Origin: Collinsella aerofaciens
Lineage (GTDB): Bacteria > Actinomycetota > Coriobacteriia > Coriobacteriales > Coriobacteriaceae
Assembly: GCA_036299165.1 (NCBI GenBank)
Contig: JAXJHR010000061.1
Coordinates: forward strand, 997 to 64,996
Length of the DNA: 64,000 bases
Direction: 5' to 3'
Position numbers and translations under genes: made by a program. The notes under the pieces are model-generated. The model was not told where the DNA came from. It ran no database searches and saw nothing but the letters and a program-made list of their open reading frames with translations. Positions 54,659-61,260 of this stretch are shown one piece after another (the first letter of the stretch is position 1; each line of letters starts with the position of its first letter).

Positions 54659-55524
54659 GACAGGCCCTCCATATTCAAAAATGGCGAAGGGTCATCGAAG
54701 TACTTTGACACCAGGCGTTCCATGGTGCCATCGGCAAGCATTTCTTGGTAGGCATGAGTGAGCTTGACGTCGATGCCACGCGTATCGTTGATATCGAAAG
54801 CGGTGCCCAAACCGACCTCTAGCAGCGGCTCATCCAAAATGCGATATGTCACACCATAGTCTTTTTCGTAGGTGAGGAACGAGGACTCATGCGCGGCGAT
54901 AGCGTCGACCAGGCCCTCGACGAGCGCCGGGTTCAGGTATGAACCGTCCGAAAAGCTGTAGAGTTCCTTGATCTGCGGAACGTTTTCATTTATGCGATTG
55001 AGCAAAATGTCCTCGGGCTTGGTGGTGGACTGAACCGCCACGATCTTATCCTCAAGATCGGCAAGCGTGTAGATATCGCTCTGGGGATCGACCGCGACCA
55101 CCTGGCGGCTCGCAAGGTACGGGCCGACCCAACGATATTCGTTTTCGCGACCCGTCATACTAAAGCTGCCCATGACACAATCGAGTTCGCCGCTCGCCAG
55201 CAGCTCCTTCTTCTTTTCCCAGTCGATCAGCTGGTATTTTGGCTTGTAACCAATGCGAGCCAAAGCCTCGGTCAATATCTCGACATCCAGGCCAACGATA
55301 TCGCCGTACTCGTCGGTATACACAAACGGTGGATAGAGGTCGCTTCCGACGTTGAGCGTCTTAAGGTCGTCGTCTTTGACTTGCGAGGCGTCCAGACCTT
55401 CTAATGCAGACGTCGAGGCTCCGTCATTCGACCCGGAGCAGCCAGCTATCGCTACGACAAAGACGCTCGCCACTGCAAGCGCAACAAACAACGAAATGGC
55501 AACCGAGCGACGGGATCTTTTCAT
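54655..55524 (-). CDS. amino-acid-type ABC substrate-binding lipoprotein (SBP_bac_3) without cognate permease/ATPase
   Basis: Lipobox IAGCSG and a family-3 SBP fold pattern. Its stop overlaps the kinase start (ATGA). Confidence 0.8.
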   Translation of the reverse strand: MKRSRRSVAISLFVALAVASVFVVAIAGCSGSNDGASTSALEGLDASQVKDDDLKTLNVGSDLYPPFVYTDEYGDIVGLDVEILTEALARIGYKPKYQLIDWEKKKELLASGELDCVMGSFSMTGRENEYRWVGPYLASRQVVAVDPQSDIYTLADLEDKIVAVQSTTKPEDILLNRINENVPQIKELYSFSDGSYLNPALVEGLVDAIAAHESSFLTYEKDYGVTYRILDEPLLEVGLGTAFDINDTRGIDVKLTHAYQEMLADGTMERLVSKYFDDPSPFLNMEGLS

Positions 55525-55668
55525 CGAGCTCCATACGATCCTGTTTACAGACTTAAATGGTTAAAGATAATAGCAAACAAAACCACACGAGTGCCCAATT
55601 GTTACAGGCGCTTTACCGTGTGGGACCTTCCAGCCGACTTGGCAGAAGGCCCCGCATGCAGTGCTCAC

Positions 55669-56883
55669 TTACCGTGCATTAAAAACGTAGCGGTCCAGGC
55701 GGTCGCACGCCTCCCTTACGCGCGAAAGCGGCAGCGCCAGATTCACGCGAATGTGGCAGGGTCCGTGGAACGGGCGGCCGTCCTGATACCCCACGCCCAC
55801 GCGTGCCCCCTCATCGAGCAACCACTGAATATCGCGGCCATGCTCTCGGCACCACTCGGTGCAGTCCAGAAACACCATGTACGTGCCCTGCGGACGTGAA
55901 TAGGACACGCCCTCAAAATGCTCGTCCACGTAATTGCAGAAGTACTCGATATTACCGGCAAGCACCTGGTTGAGCTCGTCCGCCCACTCGTAGCCTTGCG
56001 GCTGGTAGGCACCGATAAGCGCATGCATGGAGAGGACATTCATTTCGTTGTAGTGGGTCTTGTTGGACACGGCACACATGCGGTCGCGCAGCGTCTCGTT
56101 GTAGACAATGTGGTAGCTGCCGACAAGGCCCGCCAGGTTAAACGTCTTGCTCGGCGCATATAGGGCGACCGTGCGCATGCGGGCATCCTCGCTCACCGAC
56201 TGCGTCGGGATGTGCTTGTGCCCCGGCAGGATGATATCGGACCAAATCTCGTCCGATATCACCACGCAATCGTGCTGGCGATAGATGTCCATGGCGCGCT
56301 CAATCTCGTCGCGCTCCCATACGCGGCCGCAGGGATTGTGCGGCGAGCAGAACACCGCGGCATGGATGTGGTTTTGGGCGAGTTTGCACTCCATGTCCTC
56401 AAAGTCCATGCGCCACACGCCCTGGTCGTCGAGTTTAAGCGGGCTGTGGACAATGCGATAGCCCGCGGCCTCAATGGACTTGGTAAAGCCGATGTAGGTG
56501 GGGCTGTGGACCAGCACCGCATCGCCCGGCTGGACATACGCGCGCAGCGTCGACACGACACCGCCCAGCACGCCGTTTTCGTAACCGATATGTTCAGGGC
56601 GCAGGCCCTCGACGCCATTGCGGCGGCTCTGCCATTCGATGATGCGGTCGAAATACTCGGAGCGCGGATTGAAATAGCCAAACATGGGGTGCTGGGCGCG
56701 CTGAATGATGTGTTCCTGGACCGTGGGCACCGTGGCAAAGTTCATGTCGGCCACCCACATGGGAATGCGGTCGAAGCCCTCGTCGGGTGCGTTCGGGGCC
56801 ATACCGGGGATCTCACCCCAAGAGTCAACGGCGATGGCGTCCATGCCGTGGCGGTCGATGATTGAAGTGAAGTCGTATTTCAT
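55669..56883 (-). CDS. MalY/PatB-type PLP-dependent C-S lyase (cystathionine beta-lyase-like)
   Basis: MKYDFTSIIDRHG..., WVADMNFATVP, CSPHNPCGRVW and APSKTFNLAG (PLP lysine). Confidence 0.85.
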   Translation of the reverse strand: MKYDFTSIIDRHGMDAIAVDSWGEIPGMAPNAPDEGFDRIPMWVADMNFATVPTVQEHIIQRAQHPMFGYFNPRSEYFDRIIEWQSRRNGVEGLRPEHIGYENGVLGGVVSTLRAYVQPGDAVLVHSPTYIGFTKSIEAAGYRIVHSPLKLDDQGVWRMDFEDMECKLAQNHIHAAVFCSPHNPCGRVWERDEIERAMDIYRQHDCVVISDEIWSDIILPGHKHIPTQSVSEDARMRTVALYAPSKTFNLAGLVGSYHIVYNETLRDRMCAVSNKTHYNEMNVLSMHALIGAYQPQGYEWADELNQVLAGNIEYFCNYVDEHFEGVSYSRPQGTYMVFLDCTEWCREHGRDIQWLLDEGARVGVGYQDGRPFHGPCHIRVNLALPLSRVREACDRLDRYVFNAR

Positions 56884-56995
56884 GCTGGACTCCCGTGCAA
56901 AGTTGATTGTTTTGGTAGGCGTTATTGTCCACCAGCGTGGGCGGTTTTGGCGCGGGGTTTGGCGCTTAATTTGACGGGTGCGGACGAATGGCTGG

Positions 56996-57742
56996 TTAGT
57001 CTTGCGCGTCGTTGACGGCAACTACGGTTAGCTGGGTTTCATCGACCGTAAACGATATGTCGAGCCCGGCGTAAGCCAGATGATAGACGCGGTGTGGCTC
57101 GTGCTTGCTGCCCGCGCGGCGCGGGTCTTGGCGAAGGACCTCGACCAAGCCGAGGAGCTTTGCGGGCGGGACCATATCCTGCAGTGCTTGCGGAAACTCA
57201 ACATCGAGCTCTTGCCACGGAGCATCCTCGATCCAGCCTCCGGTCGCATCCGGGTGGCAGTCCGCAAACGGAATGTAGGGCTTGATGTCGTAGATGGGCG
57301 TACCGTCGCGCAGGTCGGCCCCCAACACATGGATGATGGGGCCATCGTCGGTGAGCTCGACACGATCAAGCTTGACGCAGGTGAGCCCGATGGGATTAGG
57401 GCGAAACGGACTGCGCGTGGCAAACACTCCCACACGTTCGGCTCCGCCCAGACGCGGCGGGCGCACGGTTTTCGACCATTTTGCGTTGGTGCCGGACCTG
57501 TCCTGCGTTTTAGCGTCGACGGCAATATCCTTAGCCGTGCCGCCGGGCGTTCCGTTTTCGAAGCGCCACAGCAGCCACAGGTGAGAGAAGGAGTCCAGGC
57601 CCTCAACCGCTGCATTGGAGGCAAATTCCGGCTCAAAAAAGATTCGTCCCTGCAGATGGGGCGCCAAAAAGCTGTTGCGCGGAATGCCGAACTTCTGCGG
57701 CAGGTCGGTATGTATGCGTGCGATAGGTTCCATGCCGGTCAT
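56996..57742 (-). CDS. trmO: tRNA (t6A37-N6)-methyltransferase TrmO (YaeB family)
   Basis: FSHLWLLWRF, GVFATRSPFRPNPIGL and PIYDIKPYIP motifs. Start at 57742 or 57733. The long upstream extension of the ORF is antisense to the next gene. Confidence 0.8.
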   Translation of the reverse strand: MTGMEPIARIHTDLPQKFGIPRNSFLAPHLQGRIFFEPEFASNAAVEGLDSFSHLWLLWRFENGTPGGTAKDIAVDAKTQDRSGTNAKWSKTVRPPRLGGAERVGVFATRSPFRPNPIGLTCVKLDRVELTDDGPIIHVLGADLRDGTPIYDIKPYIPFADCHPDATGGWIEDAPWQELDVEFPQALQDMVPPAKLLGLVEVLRQDPRRAGSKHEPHRVYHLAYAGLDISFTVDETQLTVVAVNDAQD

Positions 57743-57874
57743 TGTACGGCATGGAGGCGTGGGGCGTTGCGCGCAATTCTTCGCCGCGGTCCCCCGTCGT
57801 GCAACCAACGGTTGCTTGGAAGGGCGCCTGCCGCCGCGTATGCTTAAGCCATCAACCAGCAGAAAGGAGCCGCT

Positions 57875-58702
57875 ATGGCCTTTGCAGAAAAGCTCATTGC
57901 TGTCCGTCGCGCCCATCACCTTACCCAAGAGCAGCTTGCCGCTAAGCTCTTCGTCACACGCCAGGCCATCAGCCGGTGGGAGCGCGGCGAGGTCACACCG
58001 GGCATCGACATGATGAAGCTCATCGCCGCCGTAACCGGAGAACCGCTGTCCCACCTGCTCGAAATGCCTGAGCACTATTGCCAGAGCTGCGGCATGATAC
58101 TCACGCCCGACGACTGCGGCACCGATGCCACGGGCACCGCGACCGATCATTACTGCAAGTGGTGCTACGACCACGGCAAGTACACCTATGACACCACCAT
58201 GGAGGCAATGATTGAGGATTGTGCCCCGCGCCTGGCACAAAACACCGGCATGTCGCTCGACGAAGCCGTCTCGCTCATGGGCGCCGTCCTGCCGCAACTG
58301 GAGCGCTGGCGCACCGTGCAGGAAAACGAGGAGCGCTACGGCGCCGAAGCCCGGAAGCGCTACGGCGACGAGGCGATCGACGCAGCAAACGAAGCACTGC
58401 TGGACATGGACCCCGAGACATGGAACGACATGAAGGAACTTGAACGCGCTATTCTGGGCCAACTCTCGATTGCCATGGGCGATGGCGATGCGAATGGAAG
58501 CGAGGCTCGCAAGCTTGTCGCGATGCATCGTCGTTGGATTGGTCTCAACTGGGGACGCGAACCCCAGAACGAAGCGTACCTGGGCCTCGCCCACGGCTAT
58601 CTTGCCGACCAGCGCTTTATCGACTACTACGACAAGCCCTGCGGCACCGGAGCTACGGCATTTCTGGTCCAGGCCATCGAGTCGTCTTTGGCGCGTGCAT
58701 AG
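57875..58702 (+). CDS. XRE-HTH - putative zinc ribbon - TipAS-like effector-domain fusion regulator
   Basis: LTQEQLAAKLFVTRQAISRWERGE (HTH), YCQSCGMILT...DHYCKWCYDHG (Zn ribbon) and RWIGLNW...GLAHGYLADQRFIDYYDK...FLVQAI (TipAS pattern). GAAAGGAG RBS. Confidence 0.7.
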   Translation: MAFAEKLIAVRRAHHLTQEQLAAKLFVTRQAISRWERGEVTPGIDMMKLIAAVTGEPLSHLLEMPEHYCQSCGMILTPDDCGTDATGTATDHYCKWCYDHGKYTYDTTMEAMIEDCAPRLAQNTGMSLDEAVSLMGAVLPQLERWRTVQENEERYGAEARKRYGDEAIDAANEALLDMDPETWNDMKELERAILGQLSIAMGDGDANGSEARKLVAMHRRWIGLNWGREPQNEAYLGLAHGYLADQRFIDYYDKPCGTGATAFLVQAIESSLARA

Positions 58703-58753
58703 ACCGCGGCGGCTTTGGGTATTTCAATCAAAACCGCAACCGATTGGAGACCT

Positions 58754-58999
58754 ATGACTACTGATCACGAGCTCGTGCTCTACGTTATGACCGGCTGCCC
58801 GTATTGCATAAAGGTCAAGCGCTTTTTAGCCGATAACGGCGTGACCATTCCCGAGCGCAATATCTCGACCGATACCGAAGCCGAGCAAACGCTTATCGCC
58901 GTCGGCGGAAAACGCCAGGTTCCCTGCCTGTTCATCGACGGCAAGCCACTCTACGAATCGAGCGACATCATCGCGTGGGCGCAAGAGAACCTGCTCTAG
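58754..58999 (+). CDS. glutaredoxin
   Basis: 81 aa with a CPYC active site, and VPCLFIDG plus the GG motif region. Confidence 0.8.
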   Translation: MTTDHELVLYVMTGCPYCIKVKRFLADNGVTIPERNISTDTEAEQTLIAVGGKRQVPCLFIDGKPLYESSDIIAWAQENLL

Positions 59000-59041
59000 T
59001 ACGCGCATCCCGTCCGTCCAAGGCCCCACCCCATACGGCCT

Positions 59042-59119
59042 AAACATGTACACCAGCATCCAAAGTCGACATTTTACGACATCTTTGGATGCTGGTGTAC
59101 AGCTTTTGCGGGTAGTCAT
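59042..59119. repeat. left copy of a 78-bp direct repeat (contains an 18-bp-stem hairpin)
   Basis: AAACATGTACACCAGCATCCAAAGTCGACATTTTACGACATCTTTGGATGCTGGTGTACAGCTTTTGCGGGTAGTCAT, 3 differences from 60126-60203. The hairpin followed by TTTT could terminate the grx transcript. Confidence 0.9.
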
Positions 59120-59203
59120 GGACGCTCTTAACCGGCTAATTGTTTGAGGCGACCTTTGGATTATGGCTGTTTGACGCCTCTGGAAAGGGTTTCCGAGAGG
59201 GCT

Positions 59204-59433
59204 GTGGTCAAAAAAGGGCAAATATGAGTACTGTTACCTGTTTAGTAGCAGCGATTTTGATCACTTCAGGAACTATTCAACGTTCCATACGTCCGCAGAC
59301 GACGCTATTTCTCCTCATATGTTCAATAAAAGTTGCTCCTAATGGGAACAAATCTCATCAGGAGCAACTTTTTATAGCAAAATTAATGCAACCATAATGG
59401 CAACAGTACTCATATTTGCCCTTTTTTGACCAC
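59204..59433. mobile_element. 230-bp low-GC palindromic module (MITE-like or small convergent transcription unit)
   Basis: Perfect 32-bp terminal inverted repeats GTGGTCAAAAAAGGGCAAATATGAGTACTGTT (59204-35 / 59402-33). The 166-bp AT-rich core holds a bidirectional terminator (AAAAGTTGCTCCT...AGGAGCAACTTTT, 59328-59373). No transposase. Confidence 0.4.
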
Positions 59434-59445
59434 GACCCTCCAGAA

Positions 59446-59505
59446 TAGTCGTTAGGGACGACTCTAAATGACAAAATCCGGCACTTGGACGTTCTTGTAT
59501 GACTA
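59446..59505. repeat. TAGTCAT...GGGACG... repeat family, degenerate copies (locus C)
   Basis: TAGTCGTTAGGGACGACTCTAAATGAC and TTGGACGTTCTTGTATGACTAG. Confidence 0.6.
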
Positions 59506-59753
59506 GCCATTGAAGGACACCCAACGACTACTCCAATTCGTGACACACTGTGTCGCGAATTAAGCTGGTCCCACTATCGAAGACCGGTGAGAGCTCCTGC
59601 CCAGAATCTCGATAGCTTAATAAAACGCTCCCCTCCGGAAGTTCAACGAGCATCCAAATTCCAAGCTGAAAAGCAAAGGAGTATCGAAGCCGTCAATGCT
59701 CATTTCCTATCGAGCAGGCGGATCAAAACAAGCTAATTAGCCTGATAAACTGC

Positions 59754-59783
59754 TTGTATTTTTGTCTACAAAATTGTATACAA
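59754..59783 (+). promoter_or_regulatory. candidate promoter with tandem TTGTnTACAA palindromes
   Basis: TTGTAT (59754-59), 17 nt, TATACA (59777-82). TTGTCTACAA (59762-71) and the perfect palindrome TTGTATACAA (59774-83) overlap the promoter. Confidence 0.35.
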
Positions 59784-59837
59784 AAAAGGGAATCCGAGAA
59801 CCAGCGCTCGACATTATGTCGATCGATAGGAGGCGCT

Positions 59838-60104
59838 ATGAATGCTGAGCAGCTTGAAAAAATGATGGGATTTGCCCCTGGAGAGTTAGAGAAAGCCGCG
59901 GAAGCTTACGAAAAAGATGAATGGCCGAAAGGCCGCACCGTTAAGCTGGGAAGGCCGCCGATCTCTGATGAGCCAAGCGTTGTTTTATCGGCACGTGTGG
60001 GTGAGTCTGTTCTTGATGCGTTTGACGCAAAAGCAAAGCGCCATGGGCAAACACGCACGGAGCGACTCAGGGAGCTCATCACGCTCGATGCAATGATTGC
60101 CTAG
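59838..60104 (+). CDS. ribbon-helix-helix (CopG/antitoxin-like) protein, no partner gene
   Basis: AGGAGG RBS (59829-34). The C-terminal VVLSARVGESVLDAFDAKAKRHGQTRTERLRELI fits a strand-helix-helix fold. Low-GC context. Confidence 0.6.
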   Translation: MNAEQLEKMMGFAPGELEKAAEAYEKDEWPKGRTVKLGRPPISDEPSVVLSARVGESVLDAFDAKAKRHGQTRTERLRELITLDAMIA

Positions 60105-60125
60105 ACTCAACTCCCCCGCCGACCC

Positions 60126-60203
60126 AAACATATACACCAGCATCCAAAGTCGACATTTTTCGACATCTTTGGATGCTGGTGTACAGTTTTTGCGGGTAGT
60201 CAT
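60126..60203. repeat. right copy of the 78-bp direct repeat
   Basis: AAACATATACACCAGCATCCAAAGTCGACATTTTTCGACATCTTTGGATGCTGGTGTACAGTTTTTGCGGGTAGTCAT. Confidence 0.9.
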
Positions 60204-60257
60204 CGGGGACGTTCTTAAATGACTAGTCGCTAAAGAACATCCCCGATGTCTAACTAG
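60197..60257. repeat. TAGTCATCGGGGACGTTCTT repeat family, locus D
   Basis: TAGTCATCGGGGACGTTCTTAAATGACTAG plus the inverted copy AAAGAACATCCCCGATGTCTAACTAG, overlapping the dus stop. Confidence 0.8.
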
Positions 60258-61207
60258 CCGCGGAAGCGAGCTATGGGTGCGAGTGGCTGCTCGCGAAAGA
60301 CCCGCTCGACGGCGGCGCGGTATTCGTCGACCTTTTTGGTCTTACGCACGAGCTTGTGAACGGTAGCGGGGTCGGCGAAGGCGCACTTGGCGTAGAACCA
60401 CCACTCCTTCATGCGAAAGACCGCGTTGCCGCCAATCTCTTCTGCATAGGCCGCAAACAGCGTGTCGTGGAAACGCTGCAGTTCGGCTGCCGTGGCAGCG
60501 GGACCGCCCTTGACCATGCGAGCCAGCGCGGGGTTCGCGAGCAGGCCACGCCCTAGCATTACATGGCGCGTGTCGGGATAGGCCTCCGCCAGCGCGTCCA
60601 TATCCTCAAGATCGAAAATGTCGCCGTTATAGGCCACCGGAAACGGCGCACGCTCCAGCGTCTCGCCGTAAAACTCCTTGCGCGGCGAGCCCGTATAACG
60701 GTCCTTCTGTACGCGCGGGTGCACAATCAGCTCTGCCAACGGCATGCGGCAATACAGATCGAGCACACGTTCATACTCGTCATCGCATTCCAACCCCAGC
60801 CTGGTCTTTATCGATACCGGCAACGGCGACCGCTCGCACACATCGCTTAAGAACGCCTCGAGCTCGTCGAGATTGCGCAAGAAACCCGAGCCCTTGCCCT
60901 TGGCGACAACCGTTCCCGAAGGGCAACCCAAGTTGAGATTGACCTCGCGGTAGCCCATGTCGGCGAGCACCTGTGCCGCCCACACAAACTCGTCCGCGTT
61001 CTTGGACATCAGCTGAGGCACTACGTTGAGCCCCTGGTTATTGGCAGGATCGATCTCCTTAAACGCCTTGCCGCCAAAGCGATTTCCCACCCGCGGCGGC
61101 GGCAAAAACGGCGTGTAATAGCAATCGAGCGCGCCGAAGCACTCCGCATGCACGCGACGGAACACATGCCCGGTTATCCCCTCCATAGGGGCCAACGATA
61201 GAATCAT
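60254..61207 (-). CDS. tRNA-dihydrouridine synthase (Dus family)
   Basis: LAPMEGITGHVFR, NLNLGCPS and the TIM-barrel Dus pattern. Confidence 0.85.
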   Translation of the reverse strand: MILSLAPMEGITGHVFRRVHAECFGALDCYYTPFLPPPRVGNRFGGKAFKEIDPANNQGLNVVPQLMSKNADEFVWAAQVLADMGYREVNLNLGCPSGTVVAKGKGSGFLRNLDELEAFLSDVCERSPLPVSIKTRLGLECDDEYERVLDLYCRMPLAELIVHPRVQKDRYTGSPRKEFYGETLERAPFPVAYNGDIFDLEDMDALAEAYPDTRHVMLGRGLLANPALARMVKGGPAATAAELQRFHDTLFAAYAEEIGGNAVFRMKEWWFYAKCAFADPATVHKLVRKTKKVDEYRAAVERVFREQPLAPIARFRG

Positions 61208-61234
61208 CTACTCTTCTCTCATATCAACGAACGT

Positions 61235-61257
61235 GACAAAGGGACTGTCCCTTTGTC
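61235..61257. repeat. GACAAAGGGAC-T-GTCCCTTTGTC palindrome, third copy
   Basis: Perfect 11-bp arms, 3 nt downstream of the ABC gene stop. Confidence 0.85.
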
Positions 61258-61260
61258 GCA

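Noticed and set aside
57743-58594. N-terminal 284 codons of the 532-aa minus-strand ORF.
   Set aside because: Only the C-terminal 248 aa match TrmO. The extension is antisense to the XRE-TipAS gene and has no protein-like features.
59140-59397. 85-aa plus-strand ORF from the track.
   Set aside because: Its first third has no RBS, and it runs through the central terminator hairpin. Only the internal 57-aa version starting at 59224 is discussed, as a hypothesis, in the findings.
59503-59580. Remnant of a DUF1016/YhcG-type nuclease gene (..PIRDTLCRELSWSHYRR.. resembles the LSWSHY block).
   Set aside because: Only ~17 residues match, and the match is followed by unrelated sequence and a stop. 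This is too short to call without a database search.
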